From: an uncultured cyanobacterium
Lineage (GTDB): Bacteria; Cyanobacteriota; Cyanobacteriia; Cyanobacteriales; Nostocaceae
Assembly: GCA_963740315.1 (NCBI GenBank)
Contig: CAVUDP010000002.1
Coordinates: 832,001-896,000, forward strand
DNA length: 64,000 nucleotides
Direction of reading: 5' to 3'
Shown: positions 29,301-39,123 of the stretch, in pieces
How positions within the stretch are numbered: position 1 is the stretch's first letter
Layout of the letters: each line of letters begins with the position of its first letter
Translations under genes and position numbers: made by a program
Notes under the pieces: model-generated
Databases searched by the model: none
The model's input: only the letters and a program-made list of their open reading frames with translations
What the model was told of the DNA's origin: nothing

Positions 29301-30067
29301 ATTTCTTGGAATAAAGGTAGTGCTTGGTTGTAGAATTTGAGTGCTTGTTGCTTATCTCCTAAATCGTTGTAGGTATTACCAATATTATTGAGAGTTGTTG
29401 CTTCCCCACTTTTATCCCCAACTTTCCGATATAGAATTAATGATTGGTTGTAGAATTTGAGTGCTTGCTGCTTATCTCCTAAATCCGAGTAGACACCACC
29501 AATATTATTGAGGGTTATTGCTTCCCCACGTTTATTGTTAAGTTCCCGATATAGAAGTAATGCTTGGTTGTAGGAATTGAGTGCTTGCTGCTTGTCTCCT
29601 AAATCCGAGTAGGCATTACCAATATTATTGAGAGTTACTGCTTGCCTATCTTTATCCCTAAGTTCTTGCGATAAAAGTAATGCTTGGTTGTAGAATTTGA
29701 GTGCTTGTTGCTTATCTCCTAAATCCGAGTAGGCATTTCCAATACCCATCGTAATAGTAGCTTGCGGTTTTTTATCATCTAATTTCCGCCACAATGGGAG
29801 CGCTTCTTCCCATTTACTAATAGCTTGCTTTAATGATTCAGGAGTTCCCTGCTCAAATAATTCGATTCCTTCAATTGTCAACTTTTGTGCTTTTGCACGA
29901 ATCGCTTGATTGGGAGTTGCTTCTTGTTGTGCTAGGATTAAATCCGCGTTCGGCATCGCACTTACCGATTCACCCACCAAAATAATACCGAGCAATGCTG
30001 TTAAACTATAGTGCGCTAAGTTGCGTAGGATAAACCGCGAATAATTCTTTGTTCTAAGTTTGCTCAT
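26309..30067 (-). CDS. TPR-repeat CHAT (caspase-like) domain protein
   Basis: Signal-like N-terminus; ~14-15 40-aa TPR repeats; HLATHG and VLSACETG catalytic dyad; NPYYWAAF. Confidence 0.93.
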   Translation of the reverse strand: MSKLRTKNYSRFILRNLAHYSLTALLGIILVGESVSAMPNADLILAQQEATPNQAIRAKAQKLTIEGIELFEQGTPESLKQAISKWEEALPLWRKLDDKKPQATITMGIGNAYSDLGDKQQALKFYNQALLLSQELRDKDRQAVTLNNIGNAYSDLGDKQQALNSYNQALLLYRELNNKRGEAITLNNIGGVYSDLGDKQQALKFYNQSLILYRKVGDKSGEATTLNNIGNTYNDLGDKQQALKFYNQALPLFQEIRDKKGQAATLNNIGTTYNDLGDKQQAFKFYNQALALFQEIGDKDGQATTLNNIGKLHSDLGDKQQAFKLFNQALLLYRELNNNDGEATTLNNIGSVYSDLGKKQQALKFYNQALPLRRKVGNKSGEAATLSNIGAIYNYLGDNQQALKFYNQALPLMRKVGDKSGEATTLNNIGSVYSDLGDKQQALKFFNQALLLSQEVEDKSGEARTLNNIGAVYNYLGNNQQALKFHNQALLLHRKVKEKNGEATNLLNIGGVYSDLGDNQQAFKFYNQALLLYQEVKNKSGEARTLNNIGKSYSDLGDKQQALKFYNQALPLSRSVDDKSGEATNLLNIGQSYSDLGDKQQALKFFNQALILYQEVEGKNGEAVTLLNIGTIYYSLEDKQQALKFYNQALPLLQEAGDKATQATNLSHIAKVYRDNGNLKTALTNSQAAINIIEELRTNVVSEDLRTSYFATVQNIYKLYIDILMQLHKQNPSEGYDALALNASEKSRARGLLELLTEANADIRKGANPQLLAEESRLQQLINAKEKLRLGIVNDKNKSNDLISKNAAQNLEKEIENHLNEYKQLQVQIKQSNPKYAALKYPEPLKLNQIQQQLDKDTVLLQYSLGKERSYLWTVTPDSLNSYELPKREEIETATAKFKELLKKCEKSLINCQDLPAAQKAKDFQEVTQAATELSKLIFAPVSGKLGKKRLVIVADGALLEIPFAALSEPNQTNYQPLLVDREIVNLPSVSAIAIHRNELKQRQTAPKTLAVLADAVFSSEDERVTGKPPALAPEIDLTSSLLKQAARSLNRAGWERLPGTRKEADEILENVLKLVPASETLQAFDFDANYNWVTDKQLKQYRFIHLATHGFANPDNPELSGILLSAVDKQNKPLDRVNLLLGDIFNLDWGADLVVLSACETGLGKGVPGEGLIGLTRGLMYAGAENAVISLWQVDDKATSKLIPQMYKAILEKKASPTTALRQAQLQMWQQKEWQNPYYWAAFTSQGEWNN

Positions 30068-30443
30068 GATTTTTATACAGATAAGTCAAAAGTACCTGAA
30101 ATTAATAGCAGTTAGACCAGCATTAAATTTATGTAGATATAATTTAGGCACCTTTGAATCACGCTGTATACATATATCTTTATTTGTAAACGATTTTACC
30201 TAAACGCGAATATTATTTTATATCTTTTTTAAAAAATATGATTGCCCAAAGCTGTATTGACTTTTTCTATACAAGATGTATGACGATAGGATTAACACAA
30301 CCGCAACTATAAATTGAGTATTTCAACCGTTAAGATCCCCCCAACCCCCCTTAAAAAAGGTGGGCTTTGTTTCTGTAGCCCGTCGGCTCCTTCTAGGCTG
30401 CGGGTGATTTAAGGTAAGAGACGCGATATATCACGTCTCTACA

Positions 30444-31016
30444 TCACCACCCAAACGGTGAAAACAAAGAACTATTATTCCGATAAAAATGCAATCTTCC
30501 ATAACCTAAAAATTGTCCGTGGGATTTTTCACCCGCAGGAAATGCTGTCACACCAAATAGATAAACCCCTTCAACTGAAGGATTTCGTATCGGCTCCAAA
30601 GCAATAGTAATTGTTTTACCGGGTTTAACTGCTGGGTTAAATGTCAGCGATACTGTTTTTTCTCGACGTTTTTCGGTAATCTGAAGCGGTAATTTTTCTT
30701 TTTTACCGTTGCTATTTTTGATAAAAGCAAAGCTGTCTTTCAAATCAAAATTTATATTATCTAATCCAGAATGCTGGTTAATCGTTATTTCTTGCAGAGG
30801 TTCTCCCGCATCTAACGGTACATTAACGATAAAGTAATAAGTTGCACCCCATATATTTACATCATCAAAAGTTGTTGTCGCTTTCAACAAACGCGGTACT
30901 TGAACAAAGTATACTTTCCCATCCCGCAACTGTACTGCTTGACTTAATTTAACTGTCAAGCTTTCAATACCGATGATGCAAGCAAGGAAGGTGCTTAATA
31001 CGATCGCAAAACGCAT
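30444..31016 (-). CDS. DUF2808-like exported protein
   Basis: Signal peptide; AGEPL...PGKTITIAL.P.RNP...GVYLFGVTAFP.G. Confidence 0.8.
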   Translation of the reverse strand: MRFAIVLSTFLACIIGIESLTVKLSQAVQLRDGKVYFVQVPRLLKATTTFDDVNIWGATYYFIVNVPLDAGEPLQEITINQHSGLDNINFDLKDSFAFIKNSNGKKEKLPLQITEKRREKTVSLTFNPAVKPGKTITIALEPIRNPSVEGVYLFGVTAFPAGEKSHGQFLGYGRLHFYRNNSSLFSPFGW

Positions 31017-31152
31017 GGTTATAAGTTAGGAGTTAGGAGTTAGGAATTAGGAATTAGGAGTTTAAGATTTGGAAGCAGTGACTTAAATATGGGGAGTAAG
31101 AATAGGGAGGGGGAAAAATATTTTTAGGATAAAAATGAATGTGGTGGAATAC

Positions 31153-31282
31153 TAATGCTGCGTCTCATTATTTTTGATGCCTTATTCCCCAGTCCTATTT
31201 ATAGGACTTTAGCTATTAGACTGGGGTTTTCAACCCCAGGCGGGTGTATAAGAAAACCTACCATTAATGAGACAGACCACTA
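31153..31282. mobile_element. MITE-like element
   Basis: Imperfect 18-bp terminal inverted repeats TAATGCTGCGTCTCATTA / TAATGAGACAGACCACTA; internal hairpin CTGGGGTTTTCAACCCCAG. Confidence 0.55.
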
Positions 31283-31468
31283 CAAATTATCTTGTTTTAC
31301 TTATACCGAATTGATCGATCGCCAATTATTAAGAAATGTTATCAAAAAAGTACGGTTAACACTATATTTACCGTAAAAATACGACTGGTTTGTAAAGGTT
31401 AGTTGAGATGAGTGGTCAAAATAACTTCTCATGTTTCACACTAAGAATATAACGAAGCAATTATTTTT

Positions 31469-31981
31469 ATGAATACCATTTCCACTTCCGGCGTAGAATT
31501 TAAGCGTCCAGTTTGGCAAAATGTTGTCATCTTAACTTTAGGCTTTTGGCTCAGCGCCAGCTTAATTCTAGATTGGGTAATTATGCCTAGTCTTTACGTT
31601 TCTGGGATGATGACTCAATCAAGTTTTGCGTCAGCCGGTTACACAATATTTTGGAATTTCAATCGCATTGAATTATTGTGTGCGGGATTGGTATTAAGTG
31701 GCGTTTTGGCTTTGAGCAAAAGTGAATTCAACTGGCAACGAAGCGGTATTATCTTAGCAAGCTTACTGCTAGCGATCGCTTTCGCTGATACTTATTTATT
31801 AACTCCACAAATGTCGGCTATCGGACTGCAATTAAACTGGTTTGAAGCAGTTGCCGAAACTCCCGCAAATATGAATCTACTGCATGGCGGTTACTGGCTA
31901 TTTGAAGTAGCAAAAATCGCAGTAGGCGGTACTCTTTTTACTTGGTGTTGGAAACAGTTTACAGTTAACAGTGAGCAGTGA
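31469..31981 (+). CDS. DUF4149-like membrane protein
   Basis: Four hydrophobic helices; GFWLSASLILDWVIMP, FNRIEL, LHGGYW. Confidence 0.75.
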   Translation: MNTISTSGVEFKRPVWQNVVILTLGFWLSASLILDWVIMPSLYVSGMMTQSSFASAGYTIFWNFNRIELLCAGLVLSGVLALSKSEFNWQRSGIILASLLLAIAFADTYLLTPQMSAIGLQLNWFEAVAETPANMNLLHGGYWLFEVAKIAVGGTLFTWCWKQFTVNSEQ

Positions 31982-32052
31982 GCAGTTAGCAGTAGTAATT
32001 TGTTTACGTTTTTGATTTGATTTCATATCTAGTATTAAATATTGACAATTAT

Positions 32053-32088
32053 TTACTCAGCTTGATTTATCGGGCTGAGTATTGTTTT
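32053..32088 (+). terminator. Putative terminator hairpin
   Basis: TACTCAGCTTGA...TCGGGCTGAGTA followed by TTGTTTTT. Confidence 0.55.
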
Positions 32089-32260
32089 TGATGATAATTG
32101 TAGTAACAAACCATCGAATATTGCATACAAGCTAATAATATTAAAATGGTGCGTTAGGCGCGTACATATGTTCGATCGCAATCCAAATTATAAGTCGCGC
32201 CATAACACACCCTACAGCCATATTTATTAACAACTAATAACTAACAATTAACAAATTAGA

Positions 32261-32551
32261 ATGAGTGAAGAAATCAAAGATCAACAACACCCGCAATACA
32301 ATCGCGATCGCCCTTTGCTGGAAAATTTATTAGTGGGGGAAGCGAGCGATATTAACTTGGTGGAATTGGCTAGGTTGCGGATTCGCTATCATAATTTTCC
32401 CGGTGCGAGAGATATTCAGAGCGGTTTGGATGAGGTATTGCAGAAGTGGGGAATTACAGAAGCAGAACTTTTTGAGAAAACTAGAGCAATTCACGCCGTC
32501 GGTGGAATTTATCACACTAAAGGGAAGAAGGAAGAACAAGATTGGAATTAA
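32261..32551 (+). CDS. DUF3288-like protein
   Basis: DQQHPQ...ELARLRIRY.NFPGARDIQ...EEQDWN. Confidence 0.8.
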   Translation: MSEEIKDQQHPQYNRDRPLLENLLVGEASDINLVELARLRIRYHNFPGARDIQSGLDEVLQKWGITEAELFEKTRAIHAVGGIYHTKGKKEEQDWN

Positions 32552-32784
32552 TCAGTGAACAGTGAACAGTGAACAGTGAACAGTGAACAGTTACCAGTTA
32601 CGAGTTACCATTTACCATTTACCATTAATATTGAATTCCTAACTCTTAACTCTTAACTCTTAACTCCTAACTCCTTCTCCCCATCTCCCCATCTCCCCAT
32701 CTCCCCATCTCCCCAAAGGTTACTGAGCAGTTCGACGTAGCTCACTGTAAGACTTGTCGAAGTACTCCCCATCTCCCCATCTCC
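32552..32784. repeat. Mixed STRR tracts with a copy of the 52-bp dispersed element
   Basis: CAGTGAA, AACTCTT and CCCCATCT tandems; element at 32715-32766. Confidence 0.85.
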
Positions 32785-34221
32785 TCATTCTCTTGTTTTC
32801 TGATATTCCCGAAGTTGCTTCAAAAGTTCTTCTTGAGATGAATTTGTTTGTAGGTTTTTATTTTGTTTGATTTTCTCGCCACTTTTAACGATGTTGGATG
32901 AGGAATTGAATCTAAAAGGTTGTTTTCTAATTGGTGTTGTTCGAACTGGGTTGTCTAAACTTGCTTTTACTGAGTCGAGGGTGGCAGCAAATTTAACTTG
33001 CTGTTCTACTTGTTCGGTGGAGGAAACTAAGCCACTTAAACCATTTACGAGTTCTTCGAGATTTTGCCGGAATTTTGGATTTCCGGTTAATTCATCTAAA
33101 TCGGATGTGATTTTCTGGGTGTTCTCGAAGGTTACTCTGGCTGAATCTAATGTTTGTTGCAGTACTAATAGGTTGTTGGGGTCGTTGAGTGTTTTGGTAA
33201 TATCACGCAGGTTGGTTGATGCTTCTGCTGCATTGGCTGAAAGTGTTTCCAGGTTTTCGAGCAATTGCCCTTTGGTAAATCTATTGATGCTTGGAGATAA
33301 ACCGTTAAGAGTTGTTCTTAATTGAGAACTGGTTGCTGTGATGTCGTTTAATGCAGTCACAAGTGAAGATCGATTTGTTGTAACTAAGTTATCGATATTA
33401 TTGAGCAGCTTGTTTGCGTTATTGGCAGTGGAACCAATTTGATCGGCTGTACCCCTAAATTTTTCTGCTGTAGTGCTAAACTCTCTTGCTGTTGCGTTTA
33501 GCTGCGACGCTGTATTACCAAATTGGTTGATGGTTCGATCGGTGGATGTGCTGACTCGGTTGGCTGCTGTTGCTACTTGGTTGGCGGCAGAAGCAAAGGT
33601 TTTTAATTCTTGTTGCGTAGATTTTGTCAAACTGGAAACATCGCGAGTCAGTTGAGCAACTTGTGCTGCTGCTAAGGAAGTATTTTTTAAAGCTTGATTG
33701 ACATTTTCATATACATCGGGTCGGCTGTAAACTTCTGATAAACGGCTGCTGTAGCGAATCAGTTCGTCAACGCTGATGCCTATTTCACCTTTGAGACGGG
33801 AACCATCGCAGATAATCAGCGTCGGATCGCAATCTTTATCTAAAGGTCCGGCATCTACGTTAGCACGAGTAATAGTTGTTTCTGGTGTAATCTCAATAAT
33901 GCTTTCGCTGATTAAACCAGATTGATTAGCTTCAATTTTGACATCGCGGGGAATTATTAAGTCGGTTTTATTAATATCAAGTTTGACTTCTACACCATTT
34001 ACATTTGGTGTAATTTCAGCGATATTGCCGACTTTCACACCGCGATATTGAACAACAGCACCCTTTTGCATCCCGCCAGCGTCCTTAAAATCTACTATAA
34101 AGCTATAAGTACGACCGGCGGCGCTTATTCGGTTCAGCCAAAGGAAAATTAATCCAAAGACTCCCAAACCTAATAAGATTAACAATCCTACAGAACCTTC
34201 TCTAACCAATCGCGATCGCAT
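32785..34221 (-). CDS. mlaD: MlaD/MCE family lipid transport substrate-binding protein
   Basis: REGSVGL TM anchor, GMQKGAVVQYRGVKVG MCE domain, helical tail. Confidence 0.88.
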   Translation of the reverse strand: MRSRLVREGSVGLLILLGLGVFGLIFLWLNRISAAGRTYSFIVDFKDAGGMQKGAVVQYRGVKVGNIAEITPNVNGVEVKLDINKTDLIIPRDVKIEANQSGLISESIIEITPETTITRANVDAGPLDKDCDPTLIICDGSRLKGEIGISVDELIRYSSRLSEVYSRPDVYENVNQALKNTSLAAAQVAQLTRDVSSLTKSTQQELKTFASAANQVATAANRVSTSTDRTINQFGNTASQLNATAREFSTTAEKFRGTADQIGSTANNANKLLNNIDNLVTTNRSSLVTALNDITATSSQLRTTLNGLSPSINRFTKGQLLENLETLSANAAEASTNLRDITKTLNDPNNLLVLQQTLDSARVTFENTQKITSDLDELTGNPKFRQNLEELVNGLSGLVSSTEQVEQQVKFAATLDSVKASLDNPVRTTPIRKQPFRFNSSSNIVKSGEKIKQNKNLQTNSSQEELLKQLREYQKTRE

Positions 34222-34310
34222 TTTTCACCTCCTTGTATTACAGTTAAAAGTTGTAAATAGGTATTTGTACATTGTTTTATCATTTGTGAATTTAGAATAA
34301 ATCGCGAAGA

Positions 34311-34483
34311 TAAGTAAGTCGGGAGAAATAAATACGATTATGTAACGGAATATAAATTAAATAATCTTTGTTTCGCCGACGCAAGCGTCTACAAAGCCTT
34401 ATTGTAACTGCCTACTCCCTACTCCCTACTGCCTACTCCTTACTCCGTCGTCATAATTACGATTTTCAAAGCCTGCCTACTTA
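34311..34483. mobile_element. MITE-like element, same family as 10851-10978
   Basis: TAAGTAAGTCGGG ... GCCTGCCTACTTA ends; shared TATGTAACG near the left end. Confidence 0.6.
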
Positions 34484-34500
34484 GCTGATTTTTTAATTTT

Positions 34501-35325
34501 TCATACACCGGCAATTTTAATTGGTCCATCAATGCTTCCACTCATAAATTGTCTAATAGAAGGATTCTCTGTAGTATCAACTTCGGAGACTTTTCCTTCC
34601 CACTGCACTTTACCCTGGTAGAGAAAAATAATTCTGTCAGCGGTACGACGAATTGTACTGTGTTGGTGGGTAACAATAGCGTGGCTACCACTAGTTCCGG
34701 GAGCAAACTGTAATTGTCGAATTAAATCTTCAATAATTGTTGAAGCAATGGGATCTAACCCGGCTGTAGGCTCATCGTACAGTAAAATTTCTGGTGATTC
34801 CTCCGGCTTTTCTGGATTAGACATAATAGCACGAGCAAAGCTTACCCGTTTTCGCATCCCTCCAGAAAGTTCTGCGGGAAATCGATCGCCAACTCCGGGT
34901 AAACCTACCATTTCTAATTTTTCCTCAACAAGTTCTCGAATCCTTTTTTTAGAAAGATTTGAATGCTGGTATAGCAAAAACCCGACATTTTCGTCTACCG
35001 TTAAGGAGTCAAACAAAGCCGCTTGTTGGAAAACCATACCGATTCCCAGCGCATCCACACCATCTTCGATCAAACCTTCTCGCCGCACTCCTTGCACGAA
35101 AATTTCTCCTTCATCGGCAGGAGTTAACCCAGCAATTATCCGCAAAATAGTAGATTTACCAGTTCCTGAAGGACCAATTATTCCTAATGCATCTCCTTGG
35201 TAAATATTCAAATCTATTTCATCTAAAATCTTATTGCTACCAAACGACTTAGAAACGCCTTTTAATTCAATTAATGGTTGTTCTAAAGGTTGTTCTAACG
35301 GTTGTTCTAATAATTGTTCTGTCAT
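34501..35325 (-). CDS. mlaF: MlaF/TGD3-type ABC transporter ATP-binding protein
   Basis: GPSGTGKS, FQQAALFDSL, LSGGMRKRV, YDEPTAGLDP; upstream of mlaD. Confidence 0.88.
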   Translation of the reverse strand: MTEQLLEQPLEQPLEQPLIELKGVSKSFGSNKILDEIDLNIYQGDALGIIGPSGTGKSTILRIIAGLTPADEGEIFVQGVRREGLIEDGVDALGIGMVFQQAALFDSLTVDENVGFLLYQHSNLSKKRIRELVEEKLEMVGLPGVGDRFPAELSGGMRKRVSFARAIMSNPEKPEESPEILLYDEPTAGLDPIASTIIEDLIRQLQFAPGTSGSHAIVTHQHSTIRRTADRIIFLYQGKVQWEGKVSEVDTTENPSIRQFMSGSIDGPIKIAGV

Positions 35326-35430
35326 TAACTTAAACTTATACTTGAGGGTAGATAGTAGTTAGTGGATAGTAGATAGTAGATATTAGTTAGAAGAAAATAA
35401 CAACTAACAACTAACAACTAACAACTCATA

Positions 35431-36960
35431 GTGAAAAATTTTGATGTCATAGTCATTGGTAGTGGTATCGGCGGGTTAACTGCTGCTGCATTGCTCAGTC
35501 GTTACGGTAAACGAGTAATCGTCTGCGAAAGCCATACAGTAGCGGGTGGTGCTGCTCATAGTTTTCGACGACAAGGATTTGAATTTGATTCTGGACCTTC
35601 ATTCTATTGTGGACTGAGTGATGCCCGAAGTTTGAATCCTGTAAAACAAGTTCTGGATATTTTAGGCGAATCTCTCCAAACTGTACCTTACGATCCTCTC
35701 GGACACTATCATTTTCCTGAAGGTAGTTTTGCAGTTTACGGCAATTCCCAACGCTACCGGGAAGAAGTAGCAAAAATTACACCCCAAGGAGCGAGAGAAT
35801 TAGCACGATTTGAAAGTCGTTTGTTGCCGCTATACGAAGCCATGAAAGGCATTCCCACTTTGGCTTTGCGTAGCGATTGGCAGTTAGTTCCGATTTTACT
35901 GGGGCGTTATTTGCCATCTTTATTAAAAATGCTACCGAATCTACCCTTAGTACAAAGTTCGGTAGGTAGTGTAATGGATGCCACCGTCAAAGACCCCTGG
36001 GTGCGGCGACTAATTGACCTGGAATGCTTTCTGCTATCTGGTTTAAAGGCAAGCGGTACCATTGCCCCGGAAGTAGCATTTATGTTAGGAGAACGTTCTA
36101 ATACTGCCATCGAATATCCCTTGGGAGGCAGCGGTGCGATCGTAGATGCTTTAGTAAATGGCTTTAAAAAATGGGGTGGGGAATTACGTTTGGGATGTCA
36201 TGTAGAGCAAATTATCGTAGAAAATGGTCAAGCTGTAGGTGTACGCTTATCTTCTTCCCAACCCTTAAAAAAGGAGGGTGAAGAAGTTATAAAAGCTCCG
36301 GTGGTAATTTCCAACGCCACAATCTGGGATACCTATACTAAATTATTGCTTGCTGAAGATTTACCTGCATCTTATCGTCAAGCAGCTTTAGATACGCCGG
36401 CGGTAGAAAGCTTTATGCATTTACACTTAGGATTTCGCGGCGAAGAATTAGAAGAATTGACGGGACATCACGTGGTAGTTCATGATGCCCAAAAAGATAT
36501 TACCGTACCGGGAAACACCTGCATGATATCGATTCCCAGCGTTTGGGATGCAACACTCGCATGCCCAAACCATCACGTGGTTCACGCTTACACTTTGGAA
36601 CCTTATGCGGGATGGGAAAAAGATTCTAATTACGAAGAGAAGAAAAAACACAAAGCGCAAAGTTTATATAACGCGATCGCAAAAGTAATTCCAGATATTA
36701 GAGAGCGTGTAGTTTTAGAACTTATCGGCACACCATTAACTCATGCTGCTTATTTAAGAAGATATCAAGGAAGTTACGGTCCGGCGATCGCTGCTGGTAA
36801 AGGGATGTTTCCAAGCACTAATACGCCGATAAAAGGATTGTACCGCGTTGGTGACAGCACCATGCCGGGAATTGGAGTTCCTGCGGTGGCTGCGAGCGGT
36901 ATTTTGTGCGCGAATTCTTTGATGAAATCTTCGCAGGTGATGGAATTATTAGATTTATGA
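35431..36960 (+). CDS. Phytoene desaturase/carotenoid isomerase family FAD oxidoreductase
   Basis: VIGSGIGG, FDSGPS, GTPLTH, VGDSTMPGIGVPAVAASG. Confidence 0.88.
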   Translation: MKNFDVIVIGSGIGGLTAAALLSRYGKRVIVCESHTVAGGAAHSFRRQGFEFDSGPSFYCGLSDARSLNPVKQVLDILGESLQTVPYDPLGHYHFPEGSFAVYGNSQRYREEVAKITPQGARELARFESRLLPLYEAMKGIPTLALRSDWQLVPILLGRYLPSLLKMLPNLPLVQSSVGSVMDATVKDPWVRRLIDLECFLLSGLKASGTIAPEVAFMLGERSNTAIEYPLGGSGAIVDALVNGFKKWGGELRLGCHVEQIIVENGQAVGVRLSSSQPLKKEGEEVIKAPVVISNATIWDTYTKLLLAEDLPASYRQAALDTPAVESFMHLHLGFRGEELEELTGHHVVVHDAQKDITVPGNTCMISIPSVWDATLACPNHHVVHAYTLEPYAGWEKDSNYEEKKKHKAQSLYNAIAKVIPDIRERVVLELIGTPLTHAAYLRRYQGSYGPAIAAGKGMFPSTNTPIKGLYRVGDSTMPGIGVPAVAASGILCANSLMKSSQVMELLDL

Positions 36961-37017
36961 ATAATAAAAGTTCGTAGTAAGGGCTTAAGCCCTTCCATCC
37001 GAGGACTAAATTCCTTA

Positions 37018-37653
37018 CTACAAACCGCAAATTGCTTTTAAAACTTGTAATAATTCAACAGCCCGGTTTAATTCCATTAGGTTTAATAATGGCATCAGGT
37101 GATAAGTTGTAGGATTTCCTTGTTGAATGTACACAAATTGATAATATTGTCCGTTCGTAACTAGTCCCCAAACAGATTTTTGATTCTGCAAGCTTTCATA
37201 GGCATATGTTAATAGTTGAGGTAAACCTTCTGATGGAGAAATACCGCTGTTTTTAGATTCAATTAATAATACCCAAAAAAATGTTTGATCTGTTAGTTTT
37301 CTAACTTTGTTAACAGCTAAAATATCTAATCTGCCAGTAATAGTCGTATCTTCGTCTTCTATTTTAATTTCAGCGATATCTTCTTCTAATTTTATTTGAA
37401 TTGGGTAGCTATAAAAACCAGCTAAACGCATTAAAGGAGCAATGACCAAAAATTTTACTTGCCCTTCCGAAACTTTGCCTGCTGTCAGATATCTATCAAA
37501 ATCATCCCGAATCTGTAAAAGTTCCTGCTGTTCTACTTCTGTTAAAGCTTCGAGAGACAATAATGAAGTAAATGACTCATTGTAGTGTTTTTGAAATCCT
37601 AAAAGACGCTGAACATCTTCTAATGATAAATTGCGATCGTTAAGAAGTGTCAT
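37018..37653 (-). CDS. Stand-alone restriction-endonuclease-fold protein (type I R-subunit N-terminal-like)
   Basis: GRLDIL...LIESK...QLLTY...GLVTNG (PD-(D/E)xK-type motifs). Confidence 0.75.
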   Translation of the reverse strand: MTLLNDRNLSLEDVQRLLGFQKHYNESFTSLLSLEALTEVEQQELLQIRDDFDRYLTAGKVSEGQVKFLVIAPLMRLAGFYSYPIQIKLEEDIAEIKIEDEDTTITGRLDILAVNKVRKLTDQTFFWVLLIESKNSGISPSEGLPQLLTYAYESLQNQKSVWGLVTNGQYYQFVYIQQGNPTTYHLMPLLNLMELNRAVELLQVLKAICGL

Positions 37654-38009
37654 GATTATGTGGCGATCGTTTAACTATATAGACAGTTATAACAATAAAA
37701 GATTATTTTTTTAGGTATCAATAAGATTATTGCATCTACCAAAAGAAAGGGAATGAGAAAAACCCGATTTAAACAAATTTAATTTATTCTCCTTCCAGAG
37801 ATAGAAGTGAGATGTAGTTAACTTCTTTAAGCTACTATTAACAAATGTTTATATCCAGTTTTTGGTTTTAATGGATTGTCATGCTTTTTCCTCACGTTTA
37901 CTCGTTGTAAGAAATAGAGGCTAATGTAATGGCGATAATCGTTGCTTATCTTATAGCAATTACTAATTCCTGAAAATTGGATATAGTACTGTATTGAGGA
38001 GATTGACAG

Positions 38010-38621
38010 ATGATGAATAGAGTTAAAACTAATAGCGTAATTAAAAGAGATTTTAAAGTCGGTAATCTAATTAAAAAAATCGCTAAAGCAAACGGCGCGA
38101 TCGCAATAGCATCTCTAGCATTATTTCTTGGTGCGTGCGATACAAATGACAAAATAGGTACTGTAGAACCAATAGAACAAACGCCAGGAGCGACAGCTAC
38201 AGGAGATACAACTACAGAAGTTCCCCCGACTACAGAAAATACAACTACAGATCCAGGGACTACTGGTGCTGCATTACCAGACGCTACTCAACCAGACGCT
38301 ACTGATAACACTGGCGCAGAATCGCCTAACGCTAAACTCGTTGGAGAGAATGTTACCGTCAGCACCAAAGTTAAAGAAATTGTCGGTCCAAAAGCATTTA
38401 TCGCTTACGATAAAGAATCTTTAGGAGGACAAGATGTTCTAGTAGTGAGCAATGAAGATGCTCCTGCTGTTGGTACAAATGTTGAAGTATCTGGTGTAAT
38501 GGAAAATTTCGATCCAGCAGCGATTAAAAAAGATTACGGTTTAGATTTGAACTCAGAAGTAGTTAAAACTTATGAAAACAAGCCTTATCTGGCTGCGAAG
38601 GCAATTGAAAAGGTAGATTAA
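38010..38621 (+). CDS. Putative lipoprotein
   Basis: Lipobox LFLGAC, Thr/Pro-rich linker, C-terminal beta-rich domain. Confidence 0.75.
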   Translation: MMNRVKTNSVIKRDFKVGNLIKKIAKANGAIAIASLALFLGACDTNDKIGTVEPIEQTPGATATGDTTTEVPPTTENTTTDPGTTGAALPDATQPDATDNTGAESPNAKLVGENVTVSTKVKEIVGPKAFIAYDKESLGGQDVLVVSNEDAPAVGTNVEVSGVMENFDPAAIKKDYGLDLNSEVVKTYENKPYLAAKAIEKVD

Positions 38622-38913
38622 GTTTTTTTAGTTGTAAGAATTTGAAGTGTTGAGAAACTCGGTTTTTTGAAAAAGCCGGGTTTTTTGATTTTTAAAAATA
38701 ATTTAAGAGTACGATAGTTATTATTTTCTTTATATAAATTTTCAGTTTTTATTAAAAGCGTACCAATTAGTTCTTGAATTAAAGTGTCACATACACGATC
38801 GCGCACTGCTGCAAGAAAATATTCGTTCGGGTTCAACACGAATCATACCAACATGCAATCTATAGTTAGAATTATTGATAATTGATCATTGATAATTGAT
38901 AATTGATAATTGA

Positions 38914-39123
38914 TTATCCTCCTCCGACAATAGTAACTATTTCCAAACGGTCATTTTGTTGTATTTTTGTTTGCTGCCAATATTGACGATGCAAAATTTC
39001 GCCGTTATACTCGACTGCAACTAGGCGAGGGTTATAACCTAACTGCACGAGTAAATCGGGTAAGGTAGTTTCAACACAACAATTACGGGTTTCGCCGTTT
39101 ACTTGCAATTCAAGATCGTTCAT
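38914..39123 (-). CDS. thiS: Sulfur carrier protein ThiS
   Basis: VNGE...VAVEYNGEI...LEIVTIVGGG. Confidence 0.96.
   Translation of the reverse strand: MNDLELQVNGETRNCCVETTLPDLLVQLGYNPRLVAVEYNGEILHRQYWQQTKIQQNDRLEIVTIVGGG

Noticed and set aside
37018..37653. Type I restriction-modification system
   Set aside because: Only a short nuclease-fold gene; no hsdM, hsdS or helicase domain.
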